Below the pieces are notes generated by a model. The model searched no databases, was not told the origin of the DNA, and worked only from the letters and a program-made list of their open reading frames with translations. Shown here one piece after another: positions 28,916-43,469 of a stretch of DNA of 63,315 bases. Both the position numbers and the translations under genes were made by a program. The stretch's first letter is position 1, and every line of letters begins with the position of its first letter. This DNA is from Seison nebaliae (taxonomy: Eukaryota): positions 1 through 63,315 of the forward strand of contig JALJEE010002763.1 of the NCBI GenBank assembly GCA_023231475.1, in the 5' to 3' direction.

Positions 28916-31900
28916 ATGTCGAAAATCGTCAATTATTCGCACAATCCATATAATCTGAAATGCTATCGGTTTCCCCATCAATTCACTTCGATCATTATCA
29001 TTAATCCTTAACAATCATTTCATCATTAGATGTAATGGAATCGCCCATTTGTATGAACGAGTCGGACCGGTCAGAAATGAGATTTACCATCCCAATTGTT
29101 TCACTTGTTGTAAATGTAAAAAGAAATTGACTTTAGTTACTGTTGCCACAAATTCGGAGAATAGTGAAGATAAATTACTTTATTGCAAGAAACATGTACC
29201 TCAAAGTTCCATTCCTCATTACCAAAAATTGAATGGTCAACCTCAAAATTTGGAACATCATGATCGAACTTATCCCATCGTACCACGTAACTTTGAAGAG
29301 AATTTCCACTTTGAGGATCCTCTCTATGTCGAAGAGTATAATAAAAAGAAGTTTTAGTTGATTTCATCATCGTTTATAAAGATATGTTGAATTAGGAAAC
29401 AAATGGAGAAACCTTTAGCTGCTCTCGACATGAAAAAGGGAAAACGGGATTCATCACATTATAAACCGAAAATTGACCTTCCTCCCAATATTCTCAGTAT
29501 GTTCGTCATTTTTTCCATTTTATTCTATAAGATTTTTAGTGATTACGATGAGAGAATAAGAAAAGTGGCTGATCTATCATCAGATATGACTAAAGAAACA
29601 GACGAACAATTGGATAGTTCTAGAGAGAATTGGAAATTGGAGAAGAAAACATACACAAGTTTCGACGAGGTTTATGATCCAGTGGAGGGTGCTAAAGAAA
29701 CTATTGACAATCCTAATAAAATGGAAGATATGCCGAACGTCTATACGTATGAAGAGCATGAGATAGAAACGTTCCATAAATTTTATAAAATTATTAACGG
29801 CTATAATTACAACATTTTATAGAGAGCAACGAACAGTAGTAGATAATAAAACTTCGTCTAATGTTCAAGAGAATATAGAAGAGATCAATACTTCATATAA
29901 TTCTGATATTTTTCAAAGGTTATTCAATATTGTTTTTCATATTATTTCATGAAAATTATTCAAATTAAGTTATGGTGACAAATTTGGTTTTAATGACCAT
30001 ACGGAATCGGATAAAATTATTGGTTTCCATACAAGTCAAACTGATTTACAAGTAAACTACAACAACAGGCCTTCTGGTGGTATTTATGATCATGTGGAGA
30101 GAACGACGTCGAGAGAACCGGTAGCCAGGAACGTTATTGATAGTATGTTGAAGAATAGAATGTTTGAAGGATATTTATAGTTTTCACATAAACTAATTCA
30201 TCTTTCATTTATTCATAGAGTTAAACCATCTGAAACGTCTTCAATCAATGATTATAATAGAGTTCAAAAAACAGATTATGGAAAATTTTCTGAGTTAAAT
30301 TTTTTAACGGAATTGAATAATTGAGTTGAATTATAGAGTATCTGAAGTAATTGTAGTTAATGAAAGAAGTGATTATAATACAAAGTACGATTATGAAGAA
30401 AGACCTTCGAGTTCCGAATGGTCTCGTTATCCTGTAGGTGTACCTCATGACAATCTTGATTCGACCAAAGTTGGACAGGGTGCCGATTTTAACATTTCAC
30501 CAGATAGAAGTAATAAAGAATATTATGACACACCAACAACTTATCGTCCAATTTCCCAATATGATGATGTTAACCGTCAAGAACTTCCAAATTTATCAAG
30601 AAATCTGATAGGAAGTAATGAAAGATTAACGAGTGAAAAAACCGATTTCAGTTATGATTCATCAGATGGTAGTTCTTCTGAGGAAGACTCATCAGATGTC
30701 GACACATCTGAGGAGAATAGTAAAATACGAAAAAAAGTATCAGGAACTCATAAAGTACCAAAAAAAAGTTTGGATCCTTCTGGAAAGTTAGAATTTAATA
30801 CTCGTTCTCAATAAGAAAATACTCATTCACTTTTTAGCACTCGTCATTCTCAACATGTGATACCGTTACACAAATTTACATATAAAAATTCTCAAAAATT
30901 AAATTACATAAAATTTAGAGTTCATGAACGTACTTCAGTTACGAATTTGGGAATGGGAATCACCGAACTTCCAATGGACGACACGAACAAAATTATTATT
31001 ATTGAACCACATATTCTTAACGAGAAGGATGAAATGAATCGACGGAAGAATTTATTAGTTAAATTTCATATGATCGAAATCAATATTACATTTTCTAAAA
31101 GGATATTGCTACGACGAATTTGGAGAGTGTGAAATTATTGAAGATGTTGGAAGCGAAAATGAAGGTTGAAGAAACATCAGCAGTTCAAGAGTTTGAAACA
31201 CGATTATCGGAAATCGCAAGAGATGTAGCAGAAATTAAAAAGGAAGATAGGAAAGTTAAGACAAGAATTCTGAATATTGGGACATTATTTTGATACAGAT
31301 AGGAAAACAAGAGCGAGATGAAAAATATGTGACATTGAGGAAACAAAAGGTCAATGAGGAAGTTCAGAAAATGCAAAAAACGACTGCTGATCGTGTCGAT
31401 AAGTATACAGAGGAGATATTAGATATCTACGAAGATAATGACATTAATAATGAACCAGTTAGTTCTTTCTCAATAAGTAATATGAAAATATGAGAATACA
31501 CAGGTGGTCAATGTTTCGTGGAAACGAGAAATGAACAAAAATGAATTATTAGAAAAATATGCTGAGCGATTTGCATACGTTGACGGAATGGTCTTGCAAG
31601 TTCTATTATTTCTAATTTAGATGAATTATTTTCGAATTATTAGGTTGCTAATAAAATGCATGAATCTTATGTCGATTTAGTATCAGATTTGACGGAAGGT
31701 TGTCTGGATGATCTGGAGAAAGTTCGAGCTATATTTCGATGGATGACAATAAAGAATTTGAACATCGTCGATTTTTCATCGAAAGACGTCGATTCTATTC
31801 TGAAAAGAATAAAATATGGATTAGAAACATATCATACATTCTTCCGTCGTTTATGCAGGTTTCTTTTTAAATTTTTAAAAAATACTTCAATTTTATTATT

Positions 31901-33351
31901 TTCATAAAGTTTTGCTGGAATTAAATGTGTTGAAGTGAAAGGCTATTCGAAATTTGTTGATTATATTGCGGGTAAGAGAATTCGTCCCGGAGAATTCCAG
32001 AACACTTGGAATGCTGTTTATGCCGTTAATCAATGGCATCTTATTAGTTGTGATTGGGCCGCAAGGTTTCCGATTCTCTTGTTTTTATTTCTTTTGACGA
32101 ATATTGTTTCTAAGATATTTATCAAGAAAATTAGAGAGATTAACCACCAAATCAGTCACATATCGTTACGATGAACATTATTTCTGTACTGATCCAGAGA
32201 AATTTATTTACGAATTTTTTCCCGAAGATCAAAAATGGCAATTATTGAAAATGCCGATAAAATTACATGAGTTCATCCAATTACCAGTTGTCCATTCGCT
32301 GTTCTTCCATTATGGATTTGAATTGATACATCCACAAAGTTCAGTCGTTTCGTGTGGAGAAGAAAGTAATTGTTCGATCGTTCTACAATTACGAAAGTCG
32401 TTTGCAAAAGACGTCCAAATCAACTATATACTGAGAGAGAGGAATGTGGAGAATACAGTGAAAATTACAAAAGAAGAATTGAGAAGATTCGTCATGTTCA
32501 CGAGAGACACGCAAAAGCTCAATTTTAATATCGATTGTTTCAAAAGAGGAATTTATATTTTCCAAGTATATGCCGCTTACATCGGATCAGACGAGAATCT
32601 GTCAATATTACCTAAAACCAGCACTTGGATTTGCGAGTTTTCAGTAGATTGTAAGTACAAAAATAAGAGTATTTCGAAAGAATTCGTCATGTTACCAAAA
32701 ATGGATGTTCCGGTTTGGGGATGGTGTTCCTCTAAACACAATTTGAGATGTATTAGTCATTACCAACCGATGATATTGATTCATTGGACTGAATATGCGA
32801 TATATTTTAAAGCCGATGCACCGGGAATCCGAAAAGTTTCTAGTACCATCTCTTCCAATAGTGACACGGTCGCTGGAGTAACATTACGACAAGTGGAAGA
32901 TTTGATTGAAGCACAATTGTATTGTAGTTCTCCGGGAGAATATGCTTTTTGTCTCAATATAATTGACGCCAATAATGAAAGAGAAACAATCCAATATCTT
33001 ATCAATTATACCCCACATATCGACCTTCATAATGAAAGTTTTATAACAAATAAACAATACCTCTTACCATATTCCCATGATCGTTCCAATATTTATTCTT
33101 TTTATCCATCTGTCGCAATCATCATGAAAGTGGTGAAAAATATCCGATATACAGCAAAAGTATGGCACGAAGGTGAATTCACAACTGCTACACTTAATGT
33201 TCAAGGAAAGAAATTGATCGCAGACCTGTTTCTAGTTGGTGAAGGAGATCATTATTTCATGGTTTTCTCCAATGATGAAGTGATGGCCAAATACATTATT
33301 CATTGTATCAAAAAAGAAAAACCGAAAACTAATGACTCGTTGACAAATTGA
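28916..33351 (+). CDS. Hillarin-like protein B (tandem paralogue, about 16 exons)
   Basis: Start MSKIVNYSHNPYNLKCYR/CNG, LIM HPNCFTCCKC, 'DLEKVRAIFRWMTIKNLN', 'GLETYHTFFRRLC', 'NTWNAV' and 'YDEHYFCTDP'. About 15 short introns, including a 27-nt exon at 30838-30864. Confidence 0.82.
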
Positions 33352-36300
33352 ATGAAACATCTTCGAAAAAAAACAGAAATTTTAAAATTCTTTAAAAAAT
33401 CAAATTAAATATCTCCCAAAAATGAAAAATAAGAACGAAAAAATTTATTCAAATTAAGGAATTAACTTAAAAATAATAAATTGAATTAATTCGTTTTCAT
33501 TAAATTTATGTCATCCTAAGGGGAATTTTGGTGAGTTCTTCTTGGAACTCGTTCTAGTCTCTAAAAGTTAATAACTTCTACTTCTTCTTCTTCAGTTTCG
33601 TCGTCAACTGGAATTATATTGATAGTTCCATTCTATTACTATTTAAATCGGACGTGAGGGATAACTAAATATCAAAGATCACGTACAACATCGTATTCTT
33701 AGTTGACCTTCATTGAACGGAACGAGATATTAAGAGTTGAATACAACAATTTCTTCTTACGTCATGTTAGAAAGATGGGAGAAATTATTATTACAGATGT
33801 AACAAACAGAAGAATAGTAGGATATATGTAGAACTTGTCGATCATCTAACACATCTGATTGTCGATTTTCTTCTCAAAACATTTTCAGCATTCTTTTTTC
33901 TTTTAATTTACACCGTGATGATTTTTGTAGTGGAATTGAAATTGGAGTAAATGAAAATTCGTCTTCAAATTAATTTACATTTTCTTCTACAATTTCGTTT
34001 TCTTTTCTTCGGTCACTATTTGATTATCAGCGTCTGTAAAAATAACGAAAAATCATTTGATTGAAACGAGTGAGTGAGTGGAGACTGCAAGAATAATTGA
34101 TTATCCCCGAATGTAACATACAAACGAGCAGGTGCTCCTTCTTCATTTTCGAAAGAAGACTACATTGTCTCAATTGATTTCGATGTATATTATAATCTGC
34201 AAAGTAAACAATTTACAAGTAACCATCGTCCACCATCCATTGTCTTAATGAATATGGTGAAGTGGCCGGAAGATGACGTTTCAGTTTTAAATAAGTAAAC
34301 GTCCTACAAAACAGAAAAAGAAGAGGAATCTCAAAAATTGAGTGAATTTTTTTTGTCTTAAGTGAACTTTAGAGAATAGAATATCAAACTTCGTGACTAT
34401 TTCTGGAGAAACCGGACGGTATTATTATTTTCCATTATCTCGCTAATAATTGATGGAACAGGAATCAAATCAAATAATAATCATCGAAAAACTCGAGAAT
34501 AAAATGATGGAAAAACCGGAAGGTGAATTCATCTTTTCACATATTTCTATTCAACAAACAAATATTTTATTCGATAAATCTTTCTCGATCATATTTGAAC
34601 TTCGATTCAATAGAACCACCACTTCCCACAAAAAGATGGACAGAATGTTTAATTCAAATGATTCTTCATCATCCAAATCATTTTTGTTTACCGCTAATCA
34701 AAAATTCTAAAGAATCAAATGGAAAAATATTCACATATTTAATAATACAGTGCGAAACGTGAGATTAACAACAATTCTGTAAGTTGTAAAATCATGAAAG
34801 ATATGATGATGAGTCGGCGTCGATTGAACTTAGACAGTAGAAAGGAACAGGAAGGTAAATGCGACGTTACCTATTTATTCTCTCTCTCACTTTCACGTGT
34901 TTATTCTTTTCGAGCATATTTTACTTCTGCACAATATTGTCAAGTCGATCAGTTGTCAAATAATTAGAGGATTATGAAACAGTTTTTTTCTGAGAGACAA
35001 TAATCATAATTTTCCACTTGTCGTTGATTTTCATTAGAATTAAAGTGATTAATTCACATCTATCTCTTCATTCTCGTTGTCATATGGATCGTCTGTTAAC
35101 ATGTTATATTTGTCATTATATTCCCAATGCTGAGTAAAGGAAGAAAAAGAAGATTTTAAAAAGAAGAATATTTGGAGAACTGACTGAATATCAACTCAGG
35201 GAACAAGTGGACGTTTCCGGTTACACTACCTCTCGAAACCCGAAGGTTTCTTTCACGTATTGATTTAAAGTATTTATTCTCCAACGATCAACCACTAAAC
35301 ATATTCGCCACAACCAAAATGTTTAGTTGATCATTGAATATCATTAGCATCAACAAATAGATAAATGATCCGTCTCAAAATAAGAAAACATTTCTATGTC
35401 TGGTTTATGATGAATATCAGATATTGATCAAGATATCTTTCTAAATCTATTCAATTATGAAAGAAGATCTCCTCACTAATTGAATGGGAGAAAAGAAAGC
35501 AATTGTGAAAATTAGATGTTATTGATCAATTGTATTATTGAAGATTAGATATACTTATCATAAGATCAATATTCTATCGAAGTTGAGCACAAATATGGAA
35601 AGTGTGGAGGGGACATGTGAGGAGTATTTACCATCATTTTCTCAAAAACCTTTCTCGCTGATAAAAGAAAAGGTGGAAGTAAATGGAAATTTTCTCACTT
35701 AAATTATTTATCCGATGATTTAACAAATGATGCCCACAGAAACAGTATAAACAACGTCAAAATTATAAGACAAATATTGATAAACGAATCATTTTAGCGA
35801 GTTGAGCCATTTCTTCTTCAATAGCTCGACTCCATAGGATGACGAAGGAAAAATGTGCACTCAATTCTATTCTCCCGCTCCGTTTTAATCCGATATAGTT
35901 TTATGACAAGCTATGCCATTCATCCAATACGAGGAAAGATGAAGCGATTCACTCGTATATCGTGTGTCATGTGAGAGATTATAATTCACGATTGAGCGCT
36001 CTTCCAACGAAAATTTTTATTTTCTTTTAAAAATGTTCTTTCTCCTCATCAAATCATTCCACGTTCCATGCTGAGATTGTTATAAAACATCATGTATTGT
36101 TTCTTCTTCTTCTTCTCCTTCATTCAAAAGAGTCTCCATTGAAGTCTGAAGAGGACAAGTATTTACGTCTCTTATTCGACAAGTATAATTCAATCGAAAT
36201 GTTGTTTAGTCGTTTTCAAACACTAATCTACATCTCTACCTGTCTCATCAAAAATCGCCGCTCTCAAATAAGTTTTGTTAGAATAATAATAAAATGAATA

Positions 36301-39011
36301 AATTTTTCGAGAGAACTGACGAATATAAGCAGCTTAATTCTGTTTCCGGACACGACTCGATATATTCATTTGCAAGTCAATTCAATTAACGGGAATCTCC
36401 ATTCTTTCCATATCCATCTGCTATCACATCCTTCTCCTTCTTATTCAATCAGCTTATTCTCAATCTGTTGAACAAGCGTTTCATTCATTCATTCATCCAT
36501 TCATGTAACACTTCATCTCTCGGTTTGCGGCGCCAACGGGAAAATTTCTAATTTTCTTTCTATTCATTTTCTAAATGAATTCCATCCCTCCAAATTTACC
36601 ATCTGCGTTCTCTATTATTACTCATCTATTAATGTCTTATGTATTTCATTTTAATTAGTTGAGGCAACAAAATCAGTAGTTAAACAATAAAGCACGAAAC
36701 TGTTCCACACAAATTAGTAATGGAACTGGCAAGTTGGTAAACTCTTGCTAATTTCTTTTAATTAGTTACCAATTAACGTTTCTTAACTTTCTTTCTTATA
36801 ATATTCAGCCTTACGCGAAAAGTACTTGACTCGAGAAAAAGAAAGTTTTTTTCTACAAATGAATATCCCCCAAATATTTCGAAAGGAACTCATTTCTGAA
36901 TATGTTTCGGTACTGACACACTCCCATCCCTAACCAATTAGGCGATCAATAAGAGATATGAAAAAAGTTTCGGAATAATGTTACAGATTTGAATTAATTG
37001 CCGAATCTGAAGTTACAGATGGAAGAATTTTATTGAGGATGAAGATACGTCGCACGAATTGCATGAGCTCAAACCAATTTACGATTAATTAGTAGTAGTG
37101 TCCTGTGGAAGGGAAAATGTTAGAGATTATTTTAATTCGTCTCTTCGACAAAAGTCGAGAAATGCTCAACACTGTTCTTTATTTGGTGAAGAAATCAAGT
37201 GTGAATTGGGAGAAATGATATAAAAAACTCGACTACTCATCTCTGAGTTTAGCACTCTTGTCATTTCGTTTTATTATCATACAGCGTTTAGCACCTATTC
37301 CTTATAATTAATCCGTCTTAATTCAAAAATTCATGTCAGATGTATGGTGAAAAGTTAAAGATTGATTGCATTCCACGAGATTTTCATATTTACTAATAAT
37401 TTCCATAATTTCCATCTCATTTATTATTGGGAAAACCGAATAGGAATAACTTCCGGTGTTCTTCTGTCAAAACAAGCATCATTTGCAAACGGAATCGATT
37501 CATGAGCGTGTCATGTAGTATTTTGACACATTTCCTTTCCTCGAAAAACAAGTTGTAGGAATGAAGTGAAATCATAAGCACGAAATCTCTCCTGTATCAG
37601 TCGCATATATATTGATTATTGTTCATTTCTCATCGTCGAGTGACTGGTGTATCATAATCCGGGAATTAATCCGCCACCAATTTTCTCTCGCACAATATGT
37701 ATATATTTTGATTATTATCTCTAACTCCAATTGGAGTTATAAATAGAATAATAGTCAGCATCATTGTGTATTGTGGAATATCTTCAGTCTTCCAATAAGG
37801 TATTAATAGAATTTCGTCTTTCTCAATCGATGTATATGTTCGACATGTATTCGTGCGTTGTAGAAGATGGTGAGAGAGCTGAAAGAGAAAGAAAACTCAA
37901 AATGTAGTTCGAGATGCGATCGAGTATCTTGGATAGCGAGTCTACTAATTGAAATTTGTGCAAAAACGTCTGACACGAAACATTAATTAAAAATTGAGTG
38001 AACGACGAAAAATAGGAATAAAATTTTCTTTCCTATTACTATTGAATTAATTTTCATTTGATGCTTTCATCAAATAAAGTGGATACTTCATCCAATGAAA
38101 GAGTGTGTCATCCTCTTGCATTCGTTGGCACGAAAATAATTATGATTCATTCCCTCCCGACCCGACCCAACTGAATAAGAGAACTACCGATGAAATTTTA
38201 GTAGTCCATTCATCGATTTGTGCAACAGGAGAAGTAAGTAGATATATCCAATCAGTGAAGAATCAATGAAGGAGACGACTGGATGTTCGAATGGGAACTG
38301 AAATATTTCATTTTGTAACGTATCATTCTATTCCGTATGCCTGTGATCGTATCGCATTCGTATCGTCTTTTGACGATACCGACATCTGTTCGTCGACGTA
38401 TGCGAAGAAATACGGTTAATCGGCTTAAAAATCTCTAGAATAAATTTATCATGAAGATGTCATCGTTTTCTTTTCTTGCGTTCCTCCCTATCTATTTTGA
38501 TTCTCCCAATCTACAATTTCAATCTCTTTTCTTTACCTTTCCCAATTCTTCTTCTTCTCGATTCGTTCTCGAACGATTGTCGAGAAGAAAATTGTTTCGT
38601 TCGTTATTTTGACTTCTTCCTCATACACGAAAGTTGAATTGTGTTTTCTTCTTTTACTTTCTCTTCGACTTTCATCCACAACGGAAAAAGGGGAATGTCG
38701 ATGATCGGGGTGGATTCAATGTAGCATCATAATTATCACTCATGTTTCGGGTGATGCGCTAAATCTTCCTCAGTCAGTTGTTTCATATCGGATTAAATGG
38801 CAATTTCCTATCATTATTTCTTCATTATGAAAATTGTTTTGAAAACCGATAGATTATTATTCTTCTTCTACTTTTACCTTCTCTTCAAATAACAGTTTTC
38901 TCTTCTTTTTTCATATAAATTCTCCCAGATTTCTTTATTCGAATTTCAGCAAAACTAACAATTGGATGTTGAGATAATTTTGAATCAACTAAAATTTCTT
39001 AATACATTAAA

Positions 39012-41613
39012 ATGAGTACGACTCAATTGGAGAATTATGTTACGAATAACAATATGATGTTCAATAATCCTACAATCCCATCAACCGACGGAGATAATTT
39101 ACAAATGAATTCTGATGAGAAAAACGGTAAATATTCTTCTTGGATTTTTGGGACCAATCATTCCACTAATGGAAATCATTCGTTTACTAATCAATCATTT
39201 CCTCGAGACACCGGCCCTCTCGAATGTAACACATATGAGACGAATAATATGAGTGAGAAGAAATCTTCGAGCAAATTAGAATACGAAAATAATTTCGACA
39301 AAGTGAATTCGACTTGTGAAAATTCCAACAACAACACTAATGGAGGAGATACTCAAACGAATTCTGCATATTCCACATTGATGGCACTCAATCCCGAATT
39401 ATTAACATTAGAGAATAGTGCATTCTTTTTGAACAATATGAATCTGTTCAATCTAAACAAAAATTTCAATGGTGAGAATATCGATCAGAAAACGGAAGGA
39501 ACGACGGAATATCCAAGTGAGAATGATCAACAAAATCGTTTACAAAACAATTGGTATCAAGGGAAGAAATTGAATGGGAATGATGATAATAAAATGAATG
39601 AAAATGAAAATGAGAATCTTTCAACAACAACATCATTAATGTTACCAAACGATATAACGAATTCAGCATCTTATATGAACTTTGCTGCAATGGCCGCTGC
39701 TGGTTTAGATGCCACACTCCTTGATCCAAATACATTAGCTAATGTTTATTATTCGAATGCTTTCAGTTCAGTGCATGATAGTAATATTAATCAAAATCAG
39801 AATACTGGTCAAAATAATGAAATTAATTTGAATGAGAATAATGGACTAATAGAGAACAAGCAGAATAACACCGGTTTATCATCAACAAGTCAAAATAATT
39901 CAACTACCAATAATCTCTCAGCAATTACGACAAGTTGCAACAATAATGAAGCGAACAAAGCATTGGCATCATTAGCTTGTGTCTCTAATCCGTATGCGGT
40001 GACGATGGCTGCATTCAATCAGCCGATGGATGCAATGCTCCATTCGGCAATGGGATATGGTTTGTCTTTTAATTCTTTTGTTGATTTCATTCTTTCTTCA
40101 TAGGTGCTTCATTGGGGCAAAGAAAACAACGACGAGAACGAACCACATTCACTCGCGCTCAATTGGATGTGTTGGAAGCATTATTCTCGAAGACTAGATA
40201 TCCCGATATATTTATGCGGGAGGAAGTTGCATTAAAAATAAATTTACCCGAATCTCGTGTACAAGTTAAACTTTTTTTTCAATTTGATTTTTCAAACAAA
40301 CTTTATTCGAATAGGTGTGGTTTAAGAATCGTCGAGCTAAATGCCGTCAACAACAACATATGCAGAAGCAACGACAATTGAACTTGAGCTCGACGGCAGC
40401 ACCAACTACTACTAATCGGATCAATAATCCCCATAGCAACAATTTACAAAGATCGAAAGTTGAAGGAAATATGGGACGAATGAAAAGTGTCGATGGAACG
40501 ACAAACAATGTAACTTTTCCATTAAATAAATCGAAGAAATTTAATGAATCAGACAAGAAGGACGAGAATGAGGAGAGCAAAGAGAATGATAAACAGAAAC
40601 AAAACAAAACCCAATTTCCAATAACACAAAAAACAAACATTAGCACGTCATCAGGTGTGTCAACCGGTAGCAGTACAAATTCACCATCCAACGCATCTGA
40701 TAGTGGACATGGTGAAGAATATGATGATGAGCCAAATAACAGTTCTACTCCAAGTAGGAAACGACCATCAACATCGGAAAAGTCGTTTGACAAAAAAACG
40801 AAATTTTCCATTTTGAAACAATCTCCAATTCAAAAATTACCAAATAAACTTAAGACATCATATTTTTTGAAAACGAATTCAAATGATAATGATTCATCGA
40901 TTGAATTAGATACATCTGCGAACAATTATGGAAACTTTATAAAAACCGCTCTTCTGTCAACAGCTGCAAATAATATTGATTGTAATAAATCGAATAAGAA
41001 AGAAAATGTGAAGGAAGTGAAGAATGAACAAGTTATTCCTAATACAACAACCACCACAACATATTCAGCCGCTAACCAATTTACTGAATATTATGAAAGA
41101 AGCTTATCTCAACATTCACATCATCATCAACAACAACCACCACAACAACAACAACAACAACAATGGAATATAAATTCGATTGAATCATCTCAAAGTTAAA
41201 AATTTTTATACTTTTAATTTTTAACGGTTTATTTGTTTTGGTTAATAGATAATTATGTGAAACAAGAACCTAATCAATATTTTCAAGATCAAATCAACAT
41301 GTTCAATCTCCTCGCATCACAACAACAACAACAAGTCTATGAATCAGATATGAAAAAAATTATCTCATCAACATCTAATAATACTGCGAGTATGGAAAAT
41401 TATTTATCCATGTTCCAACAACAACAACAACAACAACATCAGATGGAAGTAACTCAAACTAATGGAGATCACGATTTTTACAATATCCAAAACTATGCGA
41501 ATTATTTCCCAATTCTTGATTCAAATATATCAACTACCACTTCGGAGAACACCGAAAGAAGTCAAAATCAAATTAATTCAACCGATGTCTATTCTACAGA
41601 GAATGCGATATAA
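39012..41613 (+). CDS. OTX: Orthodenticle/Otx K50 homeobox transcription factor
   Basis: Homeodomain [61 protein letters not shown], preceded by the Otx-type N-terminal peptide PYAV...[11 protein letters not shown]. Introns 40060-40103, 40265-40314, 41195-41248. Confidence 0.95.
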
Positions 41614-42194
41614 GTACGGATTTATCCCAATAACCATCTTCTATTTATTTCTTCATCTTTCCGCCACTCCGACATTGCGACGATTTAATGATTTAAATAA
41701 ATTTAAAAAAAGTATAATATTATTATTCTTTTCAATTTTCTATTTCATTTCATTCATATCTTCTAAATCGTACATATAATCATGACATTCATCATAACAA
41801 CCATTAAAATATCGTGAAATTTTCTTATAATTTTATTATTTATTTATCATCACCCTTATTAAAATTTGTTATTGTGCTATCTCTCATACTATTCTTTAAT
41901 CATACTCTCTGCAATAATTATAATTTACTAATACAAAAGTATAAATATAACTGACACAAACTAGTATATATAGTATATACTATACTACTATAGTATAGTC
42001 CATTGTTGGTGTATATTAACTAACATTGTATCCAATTCATAACCGTTATTAATTATTAAATAATTAATGTATGAAATCATCTTTGAACGAAAGAACCGGC
42101 GTTATAAATATTGAAATTGATAAATATCCATCGCAAACTAATTTCCGACTCCTTTCTTCAGTGAAGGAAATTTGAAAATTGAGCTGTTGGGAAA

Positions 42195-43039
42195 ATGACA
42201 ATAGATCATGTGTTCATAATCAGTAAAGCTGGTTGCCTCCTTTATTATTATGACAGGAACAAACGACAAATATCAGAACCAATTGTAGAAACGTTTTCAT
42301 ATCCATTACCTTTGTCGTTGAAATTGTTTGATGGTCGGATAGTGGTCGATTTCAATGAAACAGAGAAAGTAAAATGTAAATTTATTTTGAAAAGAAAATT
42401 TTCATTCCTTCTTTTTATCAGATGGTTACGCGTTAAGAAAAGTAAATGGAAAACCATTAGTGGATTGTAATAAAGTACCGAAGAGACGAGAGGATGGAGA
42501 AGACGACTTAATTCCAATTTTCGATTATATTGAAGATGAAAATCATTTTCCAATTAAATGTGAATTCGAGAAGAAGAAGATGAGTGCGAATGAACGACTA
42601 ATATTTGCAGGAATGTTTCAAGGGTTCCATTTTTCCATTTGCTGAAAATTTTCAATTCCTTTCCATTAGTATCAGTGCCATTGCACAACAAATTGCGCCA
42701 TGCAAAAAATCGTCAGGAATTAATCAAATAGTCACTTCAACTTATACATTGTTCTGCTTCCAGCCGCTGACAGGTTTTCACTTTCAAAAATCGTTTGATC
42801 AATTCCATTCTTCAGGGATAAAATTCATCGCCATAACCGACAAATCACAAACGGAACATTCGATGCAACCATTCTTCCGTCATGTGTATGAATTGTATGC
42901 TGATTACGTTCTCAAAGATCCTTTCCACATTTTGGAGATGCCCATCAAATCAATTTTATTTAGTGAATATTTCAATAAATTTATCAGTCAAATTCAACAA
43001 GAACAATTAGCTTTACAGATGCATCATCGTTCTGATTAG
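42195..43039 (+). CDS. TRAPPC4: Trafficking protein particle complex subunit 4 (synbindin/Trs23)
   Basis: VFIISKAGCLLY, ETFSYPL, SANERLIFAGMF, SSGI, LFCFQPLTG/IKFI and YELYADYVLKDPF..LEMPI. Three introns, the first at 42376-42421. Confidence 0.92.
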
Positions 43040-43469
43040 AATTCAAACGGCATTTCATTATTAAAAAAAAGATTCTGAAAAAACGAAAATTTTGATTCAA
43101 TTTCTTATTTATTCTTACTTCTTGAAGAGAAGCATTATAAATTTGTGTATATAAATATATATAAACCATATATGTTCATTCAAATAAATTATCTACTACT
43201 CATTTGGAAGTTTGTTTGATATGACTCATATTATTATGTTTTTCAGATTTTAAATTTAATTATATTACGTTCTTAATGAAATAACAAATTCACAAACAAT
43301 AACTTTTAAAAAAACAACAACATTTCTTTTGAGGAGTTAATCGAATTAGATAATTTCCAGAATGTTTCAAGAAAATATGAAAATTTTAGAGTAATCTTAT
43401 AATCTAGTATTATGAATTAGAGAATGATTTTTTTCGTGCGAAGTGAGGAGGTTCGGACCAGAAATTTTG

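Noticed and set aside
1882..33351. Frameshifts, stop-codon readthrough or an alternative genetic code explaining the fragmented ORFs
   Set aside because: The breaks I checked are resolved by short GT..AG introns in the correct phase, and TAA, TAG and TGA all serve as terminal stops.
38333..38415. Hammerhead ribozyme
   Set aside because: CTGTGA lacks the CUGANGA core, the cleavage-site base would be G, and stem I is missing.
33400..39000. Cluster of TAATCC (K50) sites suggesting Otx autoregulation
   Set aside because: The few copies seen are about what this AT-rich composition predicts by chance.
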